57,212 nucleotides of DNA from an uncultured delta proteobacterium (GTDB lineage: Bacteria; Desulfobacterota; Desulfomonilia; UBA1062), in the NCBI GenBank assembly GCA_963752595.1, contig CAVVYZ010000031.1, positions 1 to 57,212 on the forward strand. Reading direction: 5' to 3'. The translations under genes were made by a program, and so were the position numbers. The notes under the pieces were generated by a model. The model searched no databases. It worked only from the letters and a program-made list of their open reading frames with translations, and had not been told where the DNA came from. Shown here in pieces: positions 11,477 through 23,689 of this stretch (its first letter is position 1; the number at the start of each line of letters is the position of its first letter).

Positions 11477-13458
11477 ATGACCATGACAATCACCGTAGCG
11501 ATAATCATGATATTCACATTGGGTTTGGTCTTCAGGCTGCGCTATCTCAGGCTGCCCCTTGATTGGGACCACGGTCTGCTCCTTTATCAGAGCTTCTGGT
11601 ATAGAAAACTTGGAAAATTCATCGCAGGATGGCACGACTACTATCCGGAAGCTCCATCATGCCAGAACGATCTCGGGGTCACGCCCGAACTCGAAGAGAA
11701 GATCATGCTGAGGTACCAGTCCCTCGGGTTCTCATTCATGAACATAATCAATTATCTGATATGCCGGGACAAGGTCTGGGCATACCGTGTGCTCGATATT
11801 TTCTATAGCCTCCTCATCTCAGGGGCGATCTTTCTCTGGGGATCACAGATCTTTTGCCCGAGGAGTGCAGCCTTGGGCGCAGCTTTCTTTTTCTTATGCT
11901 ATTCGTTGCCCCTTTATTGGGGGGCCATGGATAATCCGGAGAAATTTCAGATATTATTTACCACTTGCGGCTTTCTATGCATAAGTCTTTCCATCAAAAC
12001 ACCCGGATATTTCTTCTGCGTTGCAGCCGCAACTTCTTCTTCATATCCATGCTCTTCAAACAGAATGTAGGTTTTGTAATCCTCTTTGCCCTGATATTCA
12101 TAGCCATATACGACAAGCTCGAGGCAGCATTTACTGTTACAGCGACCATGGCATGTTGTTACGCCGTGCTCTTCATATACTACTGCTCAAGAGGATACCC
12201 CTTTCTGGTAATATTCAGCAGGCTTTTCATACCGATAAAAATCTTCCGTTCCATGTTCTATCTTCTAAATATGAGGGTAGATGACAAAGGAAAGATGAAG
12301 ATGTCAGAGGGGCCGGGCTTAATGGAGAGGATAAAGCCCACCCTTGTGAAGATAATGAAGGAGTCCTCTCTTTTCTGGGTCGTGACTCTCTTATGGTTCC
12401 TGTCAACGGCAGTAACTGATATAACGTCACCGGGCTTACATACTCTTTGTTCTGCTTTTTGCCGGAACATTTCTCGGTTTCATGGCAGCGAACAAGTTCT
12501 TCCCCTATTATTACATCCCCTTCCTGCCGATTGTCGCCCTGACATCCGGTGATCTCTACTGCAAGGTTTTCAGTACGTACAGTCTGATATCCATCCAAGG
12601 TATGTTTCTGGCAACAATTACTGTGATATTGTCTCTCCTCGGCATATCCACCACATTCAGGTTCTTTTTCAAATCCACACCCTTCGAGCAGGGTGCTATA
12701 TGTATGCCAATACCCTGTACAATTTCGGTGTATCAGAAGAAATTGGCCTTCATATCCTTGAGAACACAGCTCCCGACGACTATATCTATGTGTACAACCT
12801 CAATCCTGAAATCTATTTCTTTTCGCAACGCAGGTGCCCTACCAACTCCCTGACCGTCGACATCTTCACTACCGCAAGCCTTACTCCGGAAGAACGGATA
12901 AAATGGGAACGTATCGTGAGAGAAAAGATCAAGTCCGCTTCACCTAGGTACATCGTAACCAGCAAGGTCATGCCCATAAGCTTTTTTGAGGGAATCACGG
13001 GAAACAGGTACTTCCTGGAAAGGGAATACCATGCAGGCTTCGATGTAATGAAGAATCCTGTCTGTCTTCAATTATTCAAGATCAGGAAAAGTCAAGAAGC
13101 GCAAAAGTATATTTCCGAAGGTGAAGAACTGTTTGGACAGAACAAGCTCCAAGAAGCCATTGCAGCCTTCCAGCAGGCCCTTGACTTCGATCCCGTCAAC
13201 GGGGACGCGCTGAATAATCTGGGGGTATGCCATTACCACAGGGGGGACGAGATGAAAGCCGTCGAGTACTTCCTCAAAGCTCTTTCGGCAAATCCACTAA
13301 ACAGGGATGTAGTGTTCAACGTTATGGATACTGACTTGGCTCCCTGGGATAAACTCACTGTGCTCCAGCTATACCTCTCCTTCAATCCGAACGATGAGGA
13401 GATGAAACTCATAAGCAATGAATTGAGGAAATCATGCTCAACAAAGGCGATACATTGA
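11477..13458 (+). CDS. Multi-pass membrane GT-C-like glycosyltransferase with C-terminal TPRs (frameshifted into 4 ORFs)
   Basis: LPLDWDHG after TM1, many TM segments, FKQN, FFPYYYIP, C-terminal TPR DALNNLGVCHY. Confidence 0.6.
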
Positions 13459-13560
13459 TTTACCATTACGTAATAAGCTCCCTGCGAGTTCGGATAAGAA
13501 CCTTGTACTATAAAAATAGGTTCTTTTCGACAAACATACTGCGAAAGGATTGAGATAGTT

Positions 13561-14245
13561 ATGGGAACTACTCCCCGCTTAGGCGTGATTATGATCGTGA
13601 AGAACGAGGAAAAGAACCTCGACAATATCCTGAGCGACATCAAGAATGTAGTGGACGAGGCATTCATTGAGGAGGAAGATGGGATTTTTCGATTCCCCCG
13701 AAACAGAATCCGTACAGGAATTCCGTCATTCACTATCCCTGGTGGATACAGGCCAGGTAAGACCTCGGGTTTACCATTGTCTCTCTGGATAAGACCGACC
13801 CGTCATCCATTTGGAGCATACCTATAACAATACTTCCGAGAAAGACGATATTCATTTGATCTTAAGCCTGGAGAGGCTGTACCGGTATAAAAACAGGATA
13901 TCGGATGCCCACAGGCTTTATCTCAATGCATTCAAACTGTTTCCCGATGATCAGCAGATTCTCGCAGGGCTCATTCTGACAAGCGCTACGGTCAAGGATA
14001 CAGAAGCTTTGCTTCTTGCTCTTGAAGAGTTCATGCGCTCGTTCGGTATGGATACAGATAAGGAGATCAACGGCATCGCAGGGATCGCAAGTCTTTGCGA
14101 GGGTTTAGGAAGGCGCATGCTAGAGCAGGACACTGCTACCATAGATGCATATACCATGGCTGAAGCTGCAATAATGATCAATCCTTCCTGTTGGAATGCA
14201 CACCTCCCGGACATCCGATTATACAGGATTAACAGCAACAAGTAG
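13561..14245 (+). pseudogene. Truncated GT2/TPR glycosyltransferase
   Basis: LGVIMIVKNEEKNL...VVDE (GT2 start) stops before the expected IIVVDTGS; followed by TPR-like helical sequence. Confidence 0.5.
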
Positions 14246-14402
14246 CTTACCCTTGGCTTTCTGCAGAACGCCCCGATAAATGATGCACCTCATAATGAGG
14301 TAGAAAAAGAGATATTGTTTGAGCAATAAATTCTGTAGCTTCATCCAATCTGAACATGCCGCCTTCAAAAAGATACTCCTATAAAACCTGAGTAAAACCG
14401 GC

Positions 14403-14871
14403 TCACTTCTTCTTCGGTTTCCATTCCTCGGACTTCCGCTTGGCATCGGCGATTTCGACAGCACTCATTTTGCTTGCGATCAGCCTCCTGATCTCCTTTG
14501 CATTTGGATTCCACCCGTGGCAGCCAGATCAAGCCACATGTATGCGAGGATATAGTTCTGGGAAACGCCTTTCCCGAGGTGGTACATGTTCCCGAGCTGG
14601 TACTGCGCGATGGCATTCCCCTGTTCTGCCGCCTTCCAATACCACTGGGCCGCCCTTGAGAAATTCTGTTGAACACCCTGACCGGTTTCGTAGAGATACC
14701 CAAGAAAGACCTGGGCCTGAGGATCTCCCTGTTGAGCCGGCAAGAGATTCTCTCTAATTGCCGCATAAATTGTTCCCCTTCACCAGCCCATGCCTGCAAA
14801 GGGAAGTGCAGGATAACCAAGGACGTGCTTGCGATGATCATCAGCGGTACGACCAGTCCATGCCTGCTCAT
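14403..14871 (-). CDS. Secreted Sel1-repeat protein (2 frameshifts)
   Basis: Signal peptide; AQVFLGYLYETGQGVQQN..A.QWYWKAAEQG; AQYQLGNMYHLGKGV. Confidence 0.85.
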
Positions 14872-15349
14872 AGAGACCCCTCTCCCCTCACATAAAAACA
14901 GTTGCCCTCAACAATAACGCGCTAAGGATAAAACCATATTCCATACAAGTCAATACCTTCAATGCAATATAAGCTCATAAACGCCATAAAAATATAATAC
15001 TACCCGCGCTTATTCTCCAGGCATTCCATCCTTTAATATATCAGTCACTTCCCTGAAGCTTTTCCCAGTTTAAGGCTCTTCTCGAAAATCGCACCCACTC
15101 CCGGGTTATCCCTGTTCCATAAGGGATTCGGCGATTACCAGCAAGGATGATTTAGAGTATCAATACTAGGACAAAACCTTTATGAGACGTGATTTCAGTA
15201 CCTGGCGACAGGAAAGGACGAGTCGTTGGAAATGTCAGATTGTTTGCGTGGAAATATAATCCCAGCTAAGGAGATCCCGGCATCGTCCACAATATCTGAA
15301 ATGCCCAGATCGGATAAAGGAACCGGAAAGCCAAAGGGATACACTGCTC

Positions 15350-16013
15350 ATGAAGAGGAAACTAAAATACTTCATCATACATGTCTCATCCTCTTAGCTC
15401 TCGGCTCCTTGCCTATCCTTTCTCATAATGCACCAACGTATCTTATTTATCGAGAAGAACCAAAGAAGGCTGATTGCATTATACCGCTTCTGGGTCCGGA
15501 ATACATTGAAAAAAAGAAAGAGGCATTCCAGCTTATTTCGGAAGGCTTTTCCAATGTCCTGCTCATACCTCCCCGATACCGCCTCGTAAAGGTTACAGAT
15601 GCCAAAGGAAAAGATCCCCGTGCATGTCAAAGAAGAGCTTTCCGGCTGTCTATGCTTCCTATAAGGTTCGCCCGAAGTATCGCTGGCACGAAAACACGCA
15701 TCTCGAGCTCATTCTGGCAAAAGAATACATGGGGGCTTATGGTTTCGATTCAGCGATTATCGTCAGCTCACCCTACCATATGCGAAGGGTTAAGCTCCTG
15801 GCAGAATATGTCTTCCCTGAGGATAATTTTGTAATCACATGCGTGCCGGACCGGTATGAAGTGATTCGCAAGGCCTGGTGGAAGGATCGGAAGAGCCTGT
15901 CCTGGATAGCCATGGAGTATTCGAAGATAGCATGGTTCCTGTTTTACCAGAGATTCTCGCCAATGCTTACCTATTTCGTGGACACGGTGTCCCAGATACT
16001 TCATGCGGGGTGA
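15350..16013 (+). CDS. YdcF/DUF218 family protein (frameshifted)
   Basis: KADCIIPLLG, ENTHLE, IIVSSPYHMRR, EYSKIAW. Confidence 0.75.
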
Positions 16014-16468
16014 GAGGATAGCTGCCTCCTCTCATGAAGATGATGCGTACGACTAGAAAGTAAAACAGCATGTTATAAATGTCCTGTTTATCCGGCACAA
16101 GTTCTCGGATAACGGGTGCCATGCTGCTCTTTGAATTTTTATGCCCATGATGCTTTCATGGATGAAATCCTTGTAAAGAGTCTCGGTTGCATATCAAATA
16201 ATTCATTGTAATTAGTACCTATGGGAATACAGCCTCTTAGTTTCAATGCATGATCGTGTCTGCATACATACCGTCTCAAGCTGGCATAAGATTTGATTAT
16301 GTTATCGAGAAGATCACCCAAGAGGTTAAAAAGAAGGTCTTGGCATTTACCGGAAGCACCGTATTCGAAAACCGGGATGCCTTCTTTTCAAGACAGCTCT
16401 TTGAGTTATGTATAGGGATATCTCCAATGAAGTTCACCGAGATCATTTCCAGCAAGAGGAGGAGTAAT

Positions 16469-16752
16469 CATGGAGAACACGGTTATAGATGCAAGAAGAA
16501 CAGGCTGTACAGAAGACCGATGAGCTGATGGACATTCTGAACCGGTTCAAGGGTACCCGTGACGAGATGGCTGTTCTCCAGGTATTTGTGAACAGGCTCT
16601 TTGAGCAGGGGCACTCCCGGACACTCAGGGATGCAATCAGCAGTCACTTTCTCGAGCAAGCTCATTTTCTTTACGACCAGAGACATTCGCACCAGAAAAA
16701 TAAGGCTATTTCTCTGTTCAAACTTTCCAGCCGGGTAAAGGCGGCTTGGTGA
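16469..16752 (+). CDS. Hypothetical protein
   Basis: GGAGGAG RBS before ATG 16469; ORF 16489-16752 in a shifted frame; no motif recognised. Confidence 0.35.
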
Positions 16753-17038
16753 TGTCGCTGCTTTTCACGGTCCCTTGGCAGCAGGGGGCCGTGGAAAGCC
16801 TTTCAAAAAAAACCCACCCGAGAACTGTTCTCCAGGACATCCATGATAAAATGCTCCAGTCATAGTCTTTCGGAAAAGGTATTCTTAAAAAACCTTGGCA
16901 CGGCCCTTGGGGAGACCTATGGATCAGATCCGGCAACTGGACTGAGGCACGAACAGGACTGTACGTGGATTAGCAAAAAATGTAACAGAACAGGCAGGAA
17001 TAAAAGGCCTATTACAAACTGTTTTATGCTGTGGGGAA

Positions 17039-17080
17039 AAAACAATAGGTTAAGAATATTATTTCTTAACCTATTGTTTT
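17039..17080. terminator. Perfect 18-bp inverted repeat just downstream of tRNA-Pro (terminator-like)
   Basis: AAAACAATAGGTTAAGAA-tattat-TTCTTAACCTATTGTTTT. Confidence 0.55.
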
Positions 17081-17093
17081 AATATTATAAAAG

Positions 17094-17170
17094 TGGTCGG
17101 GACGAGAGGATTCGAACCTCCGACCCCCTGAACCCCATTCAGGTGCGCTACCAGACTGCGCTACGTCCCG
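17094..17170 (-). tRNA. tRNA-Pro(GGG)
   Basis: CGGGACGTAGCGCAGTCTGGTAGCGCACCTGAATGGGGTTCAGGGGGTCGGAGGTTCGAATCCTCTCGTCCCGACCA; cloverleaf with encoded CCA. Confidence 0.97.
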
Positions 17171-17207
17171 AAACCGTTACCTTGCTACCACAGGCTTAAA
17201 GATGGTG

Positions 17208-18460
17208 TCAAGGATAAGGGACTCGAAATCTGAAACGAGAATGATCGATCTCTTTGATCCGATTTTCAGTAATCGGTATGGAGGCTTGCCGAAGGTTGCA
17301 GATATTGCTTGCAGCCACCATGGCCGGCTTGGCGAAATATGTCGCGGATGATGCTTCTTGCCAGATTGAATGCATCCGCCCTAGTATTGTTGTCCCGGAT
17401 GACAAGGCAGCCGATGGTGATCGCCTCTCCGGTGGAGGCATTCTCGGCAAATCCCATGAACCAGTTGCGCCTCCCCTCGGGCTCGACGCCGTTGATGCTC
17501 CCGCTCTTTGCCTCCTATGGTGAGCTCCTTCAGTACCCGGTCGTTCTGGCGTTGTTGAACGGCACGTGAGACAGTGCCGCTCTTGACGGTCTGGCACATC
17601 ATGGCGCGCAGGTCTCTGCAGGTTTCCTTGCACATGACCTGCTCCGGGGCAGAATCGCTGACTTTTTAAGATCCTTGGCCTGATCATGTGCCCATTATTG
17701 AGCACAGCGCTCACCATCTGGGCTGCATGAACCGGGGATACCCGGTATAGCGATTATATCCGCTCGCAAGCTCCGCAAGATTGAATTCGATTCTCCGGGA
17801 TAAAGACCGTGCTCGGCGTGCTCTGGCAATCCACAACCGGTGATTTCCAGAATCCGAGCCTCATGGCAGTAAGCAGCAACGGGGTCTCTCCAAGCTGCAT
17901 GGCGCCGATCTTGCCGAAGATTACATTGTTGGATGAGGCAAAGGCCTTCGCAAGGGTTACCTGGGTGGTCCAGCGATTTTTCTTCGTGCCGATCTGGGAC
18001 TTATAGAGGGTATGTGCATTGCCGGTATAGCTCAAGGTAGAACTCGTCGACATTCCTGCATAATCGATCGCCGCAGCAGCCGTAACCACTTTGAAGAGGC
18101 TTGCTGCGAGATACGCGTTCAGAGCAAGGCTGCATTTTCACCGGAAGCGTCTTTGCCGTATAGTGCAAGGATATCGCCGTTGCGGGGATTAACCACGGCT
18201 ACGGTGATAAGGCCTGATTTAGAATGCTTGACGGCAAGTGCAATATACTCCTGAAGATCCCAGTCCAGGGTCAGATTCATGCTCTTGATCACGGCAGGAG
18301 TAATGATGCGCAGAGAATTTCTTGAGATAACAGGCTGCCGTGAGTGAGATTTCACGACCTCTGCCTCCCCCTTGGTATAGGAGAAGACAAGCAGGAAGGC
18401 CGCAATTATTGATAAGGGAATGAATAGATAGTGGACAAAAGCCTACCAGAGTCTTTTCAT
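17208..18460 (-). CDS. Penicillin-binding protein, transpeptidase domain (frameshifted)
   Basis: ASLFK (SxxK), SNN (SxN), GGKSG-type motif across frames; N-terminal TM. Confidence 0.75.
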
Positions 18461-18814
18461 TATATGCCCCATTTCGTCTTTATCGTGATATTTAAGGTTT
18501 TGTTTGCCAATAATCTCGTGTATATCGCACAGCGAGCAACTGTATGTCAACGATACAGCGAGATCTTATCTCTTTATTCCATCGGAAAGAACTGCCAAAT
18601 AAATTAGCACTGTTTCAGGAAAATTTTCCTACGAATGCGATAGGCACATACAATCAATATATTTAGGGACATGAAGGTGGCTTGTTGAAAATCAAATTCT
18701 GTTCTGTTAGGTTTGTATATGGGAGTATTTCTTGAAATCTTTATGATATGCTCTTCTTGAAAAACCCTTTATAGGGATTGCTATCCGCTATCGGGGGATG
18801 AACGAGGGACAGGC

Positions 18815-19891
18815 ATGGGTAATGACATTGATCGCGTAAGAAGAATGATAGACAGCATAGACGATAAGCTCTTAGCGCTTATCCAGAGACGCTGTGAGCT
18901 CTCCGTGGAAATAGGCAGGCTCAAAAATAAAGACAACCTGCATACATTCGACCCTTCACGCGAGACGGCTATCATCGAACGCCTATCTTCCGCAATCCGT
19001 CCGCCGCTGACCAGGTCGATGGTGGAAGGCATCTTTTCCGAAATCTTCAGCATGTCAAGGTCGCTTCAGAAAAAAAAGAAGGTCGCTTTCCTGGGTCCTG
19101 AGGGCAGTTATTCTCATCAGGCCACCCTCATGATGTTCAGCCAGGACTCCGAAGTCATTCCCCAGAAGGACATAGAGACAGTCATTACCGAGGTAGCCGT
19201 CCACAGGGCAGAGCTGGGTGTTGTCCCTGTGGAAAACTCCACCGAGGGCATGATCAACCGGACGCTCGACATGATGGCTACATCAAAGCTTTTCGTGTGC
19301 CGAGAGATCATGCTACCCATACGCAACTGCCTCCTCTCCACCACTCCTTTGGCAAAGATACAGAAGGTCTTCTCCCACCCACAGGCCCTTGCCCAGTGCA
19401 GGCACTGGCTCATGGACAACCTTCCGGCTGCAGAAACCATCGAGATGCCGAGCACATCCCTTGCAGCCGTAGCGGCAAAAAAAGAAGAAGGCAGCGCTGC
19501 CATCGCATCCCCACTTGCAGCAGGACTCTACGGGCTCGATATCGTTGCTGAGAATATCAATGACTGCCATGAGAATATCACGCGGTTCTGGGTGATATCA
19601 CCCACCATGCTCCCCATCGAAGGGAAGACAAAGACCTCCATCATCGTCACCCTTGAGAATGTCCCCGGCGCTCTCTACCACGCCACCGGGGTATTCGCCG
19701 GCAGGGGGATCAACCTCACCAAGATAGAGTCCAGGCCTGCAAAGAAAAACCCATGGGAATACCTGTTCTTCATCGATTTCCAGGGGAACCTCATGGACGA
19801 GAACGTAAAAGCCGTCATGGAAGAGATCAAATCCTACACCAGGGAGATCATCATCCTCGGCTCATATGTGGAAGGGAGAATACCGGATTGA
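18815..19891 (+). CDS. pheA: Chorismate mutase/prephenate dehydratase
   Basis: RRMIDSID, FLGPEGSYS, PVENSTEG, SHPQALAQC, NITRF, KIESRP. Confidence 0.97.
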   Translation: MGNDIDRVRRMIDSIDDKLLALIQRRCELSVEIGRLKNKDNLHTFDPSRETAIIERLSSAIRPPLTRSMVEGIFSEIFSMSRSLQKKKKVAFLGPEGSYSHQATLMMFSQDSEVIPQKDIETVITEVAVHRAELGVVPVENSTEGMINRTLDMMATSKLFVCREIMLPIRNCLLSTTPLAKIQKVFSHPQALAQCRHWLMDNLPAAETIEMPSTSLAAVAAKKEEGSAAIASPLAAGLYGLDIVAENINDCHENITRFWVISPTMLPIEGKTKTSIIVTLENVPGALYHATGVFAGRGINLTKIESRPAKKNPWEYLFFIDFQGNLMDENVKAVMEEIKSYTREIIILGSYVEGRIPD

Positions 19892-20978
19892 AAGGACCGA
19901 AGCCCACCTCATGGATCCAGAAGATCCCGCCATACGTTGCCGGTACGTCAAAGGATTCGATCACCAAGCGATACGGGATTGCCAGATCCCATAAAGCTCG
20001 CATCCAACGAGAACCCGCTCGGCGCAAGCCCCAAGGCAATTCAGGCAATGGAGGCCGCCGGGTCGCGCATGCATCTTTACCCCGACCCGGATGCAACGGA
20101 CTTGAAAGTTTCGGCGGCGTCATATTTCCGGTGCAGACCGGAGCAGATCATCGCGGGGAACGGCTCTGACGAGATCATCGATCTTCTCTGCCGGGCTTAT
20201 CTCGAGCCGGGAAGACGAGGTAATCATACCGGAATGCACATTCAGCTACTACCGGATTGCATCCCTTGTATGCGGGGCGCAGATCCTCACCACCGCCATG
20301 AAAGATTTCACCATAGATGTGGATGATATCCTGAGAAAAGTCACTCCTGCTACCAAGATGATCTTTATTGCGAACCCGAACAATCCCACCGGCACCTGCC
20401 TCACCCGTGACGCCGTCACGGGGCTTGTCTCCGGGATTCCTCGCGAAACCCTGCTGGTCATGGATGAGGCGTATGCTGCATTCGTACGTCACAAAGATTT
20501 CGTGAGCGCAGTCGGCCTCATCGATAACCACACCAATATCGCCGCCATTTCCACCCTCTCGAAATCCCACGGCCTCGCAGGCGTGAGGGTAGGATTCTGC
20601 ATAGCCGGTGAATCCGTTATCGGCACCCTCTCCCGCATCAAGCCGCCGTTCAATATGAATATCTTCGCATTGAAAGGCGGTGAGGCTGCATTGAAGGATC
20701 CCGGGTTCCTGGAAAAAACCCTGGAGACCACCTGGCAGGGGCTCGACTCTCTCTACGATCGGATTGAAAAGCTCGGTCTCGCCTGCATCCCTTCCCAGAC
20801 CAACTTCGTGCTCATCAGGATAGGTGAGCATTCGGAGAGGGTGTATGAAAACCTTCTCAAGAGGGGAATCATCACCCGTTCCATGAAGAGCTTCGGCCTT
20901 GAGGGGTATCTCCGGGTTACGGTCGGGCTGCCCGGGGAAAACGATGCATTCATCAACGCCCTGGAAGAAGTACTATGA
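19888..20978 (+). CDS. hisC: Histidinol-phosphate/aromatic aminotransferase (frameshifted)
   Basis: IKLASNENP, GNGSDE, NPNNPTG, DEAY, TLSKSHGLAGVRVG. Confidence 0.93.
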
Positions 20979-21802
20979 AAGTCACAGTCATCGGCCTCGG
21001 CCTCATCGGTGCATCCGTTGCAAAGGCATTATCGGGCAAGGCCCGGATTATCGGCATCGATACCCATGCTGAAGCTGTTGAACAGGCTCTTGCCCACGGT
21101 GTCATCCTCCAGGGAGGAACAGATCTCTCTCTGGCCGGGGGAAGCGATCTCGTGGTCATAGCCGTACCCGTGGGAAGCATTACGGATGTGGCAAAAAAAC
21201 TCATCCCCCAACTCGAAGCCGGCACGGTCGTCACCGATACCGGCTCCACAAAGGAGCACATCGTTACCTGTTTGGATGGGGTATGGCCGGATTTTATCGG
21301 ATCGCATCCCATTGCCGGCAAGGAGAATCCGGGATATTCGGCAAGTGAGGCCGATCTTTTTTCCGGAAAGGTCGTCATTATCACTCCCAGTGAACTCACG
21401 AAGAGCGGGTGCAGGGAAAAGGTCACCCGGCTCTGGGAGGCCTGCGGCGCCAGAGTCATTGAGATGAACCCCCGGAAGCACGACCAATTGATGGCGATCA
21501 TCTCTCACATGCCCCACCTCCTCAGTTTCACTTCCATGGGAATAGCCAGGGACCTCCATATCCACCGGGACCTCCTCGGTGCCGGGTTCAGGGATTTCAC
21601 GAGGATTGCCGCATCGGATCCTGTGATGTGGAGAGATATCTTCCTCGCCAACAAGCAGCACATCCTGGGGCTCATCGATGATTATCTCCGCGAGCTCTCA
21701 TCGATGAAGGAGCTGATCGGCGCCGATGGATCAGAGAGGCTGGAAGAAAAGCTCCGTGAGTATTCAACTATCAGGAGAGACCTCTATGATAATAAACGGT
21801 GA
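20975..21802 (+). CDS. tyrA: Prephenate/arogenate dehydrogenase
   Basis: GLGLIG, DTGSTK, HPIAGKE, SHMPH, GFRDFTRIA. Confidence 0.95.
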   Translation: MKVTVIGLGLIGASVAKALSGKARIIGIDTHAEAVEQALAHGVILQGGTDLSLAGGSDLVVIAVPVGSITDVAKKLIPQLEAGTVVTDTGSTKEHIVTCLDGVWPDFIGSHPIAGKENPGYSASEADLFSGKVVIITPSELTKSGCREKVTRLWEACGARVIEMNPRKHDQLMAIISHMPHLLSFTSMGIARDLHIHRDLLGAGFRDFTRIAASDPVMWRDIFLANKQHILGLIDDYLRELSSMKELIGADGSERLEEKLREYSTIRRDLYDNKR

Positions 21803-23030
21803 ATTACGCGTACCCGGCGACAAATCCATCTCGCATCGGGCATTCATGCTCGGTGCGCTTGCTTCCGGCACCACGACCGTCCGATGGGCCCTTGAGTCGA
21901 AAGATGTCCAGAGCACCAGGGAGGCACTAAAGGCCCTTGGTACTAAAATAGAAAAGACCGGGGACACCTGGCATGTTACCGGAGGAACCTTAACGGAACC
22001 GGCCGGCGTGATCGATGCAGGCAATTCAGGAACCACGGCCCGTCTCTTAAGCGGCCTATGTGCAGGCATCGACGGTGTGACCACCATGACCGGGGACAGC
22101 TCCCTGGTCAAGAGGCCCATGGCGAGGGTCATACGGCCTCTGGAAAAAATGGGAGCGACATTCCTCGCAAGGAGCGGAAGGTATCTCCCCATGGCGATCC
22201 GGGGAGGAAACCTCACAGGTGTCTCGTATGAGATGGACGTGGCCTCTGCCCAGGTAAAATCAGCCATCCTCCTGGCAGGGTTAACTGCCGGCGGGGTTAC
22301 CATGGTGAAAGAGCCCTCGCTGAGCCGGGACCACTCGGAGCGGATGCTCGCCTACTTCGGCGCAGAGCTCAGCAGAGAAGACACGATGATTTCCATCAGG
22401 GGGCCCCAGGGCCTAAGCGCAAGGGAGATCGCTGTCCCATCCGACCCGTCCTCAGCTGCTTTTCCTGCAGTATGGGCTGCGGCAACGCAAGGATCTGAAA
22501 TAATCTTAAGAGATGTCTGCATGAATCCCACGAGGACAGGGTTCATATCCGTACTTCAGAGGATGGGTGCTTCGATCTCCATGGAAAACGTAAAAGAGAT
22601 ATCCGGCGAACCGGTAGGCGATATGGTTGTCAAAGGCGGCCGGCTGCAGGCGACCACCATTGAAGGGGATGAAATTCCGAAGCTCATTGACGAGATCCCC
22701 ATCCTCGTCGTTGCAGCCTGTTTTGCCGAAGGGACCACCATCATCAGGGATGCATCGGAGCTCAGGGTCAAGGAGACGGACCGGATCAATGCGCTCGTGA
22801 GGGGAATGGCATCCCTTGGTGCCGGTATCGAGGAAACCCCTGACGGGCTGATCATACAGGGGCCTTTACCTCTCCAGGGAGGCTCGATCAAGACATTCTC
22901 AGATCACCGGATAGCCATGTCATTTTATATACTCTCCAGAATAGCCGGCATCGATGTGGAAATCGATGACAGGGAATGCGTCGACATCTCTTTCCCCGGG
23001 TTTTTCCCGCTCATGGAGTCGGCTGCATGA
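21786..23030 (+). CDS. aroA: EPSP synthase
   Basis: PGDKSISHR, GNSGTT, SAQVKSA, RDHSE, ELRVKETDR, DHRIAM. Confidence 0.97.
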   Translation: MIINGELRVPGDKSISHRAFMLGALASGTTTVRWALESKDVQSTREALKALGTKIEKTGDTWHVTGGTLTEPAGVIDAGNSGTTARLLSGLCAGIDGVTTMTGDSSLVKRPMARVIRPLEKMGATFLARSGRYLPMAIRGGNLTGVSYEMDVASAQVKSAILLAGLTAGGVTMVKEPSLSRDHSERMLAYFGAELSREDTMISIRGPQGLSAREIAVPSDPSSAAFPAVWAAATQGSEIILRDVCMNPTRTGFISVLQRMGASISMENVKEISGEPVGDMVVKGGRLQATTIEGDEIPKLIDEIPILVVAACFAEGTTIIRDASELRVKETDRINALVRGMASLGAGIEETPDGLIIQGPLPLQGGSIKTFSDHRIAMSFYILSRIAGIDVEIDDRECVDISFPGFFPLMESAA

Positions 23031-23689
23031 AACACGTGGCAATAACCATCGACGGCCCTGCAGGTACCGGAAAATCCACTGTTGCGAGAGATGTTGCTAA
23101 AAGGCTCAAATTTACCTTCCTCGACACAGGGGCCCTGTATCGGGCAGCAGCAACAGCCATCGAGGACGCAGGCGGAGATATCGAAGACGATGAAAGCTGC
23201 GCTACAATCATTCGGGATACCCGCATTGAATTGACCAATGACGCGGTTACCGTCAACGGCATCGACGTAACCCGGAGGATCCGCTCCAACAACATCAGCA
23301 GTCTTTCATCAAAGATAGCCGTGCATCCTTCCGTGAGAAAAGCCCTCCTCGGTCTGCAGCGCTCGTTCAGGGAAAAAAGCTCGATCGTTGCAGAAGGCCG
23401 TGACACAGGATCAGTGGTATTCCCGGATGCAGATATCAAGTTCTACCTTGATGCATCACAGGAAGAGCGGGCCAGACGCAGGCATGAAGAACTGATATCT
23501 AAAGGGATTGCTGTTTCGTTTGAACAGATTTTGAACGAGCTGAAAGAAAGAGATCAGCGGGATGCGTCCAGAAATGCAGCGCCCCTCGTCATCCCGCAAC
23601 ACGCTGTTGTGGTCGATACGACACACCTTGATATTGAAGGTGTAACTACAAGAATATTGGATATAATATATAAATACCTAGCCAATTAA
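23027..23689 (+). CDS. cmk: Cytidylate kinase
   Basis: IDGPAGTGKST, LDTGALYR, EGRDTGSVVFP. Confidence 0.96.
   Translation: MKHVAITIDGPAGTGKSTVARDVAKRLKFTFLDTGALYRAAATAIEDAGGDIEDDESCATIIRDTRIELTNDAVTVNGIDVTRRIRSNNISSLSSKIAVHPSVRKALLGLQRSFREKSSIVAEGRDTGSVVFPDADIKFYLDASQEERARRRHEELISKGIAVSFEQILNELKERDQRDASRNAAPLVIPQHAVVVDTTHLDIEGVTTRILDIIYKYLAN

Noticed and set aside
16896-16910. Sigma54-like TGGCACGGCCCTTGG
   Set aside because: -12 element is GG rather than GC and there is no credible downstream gene
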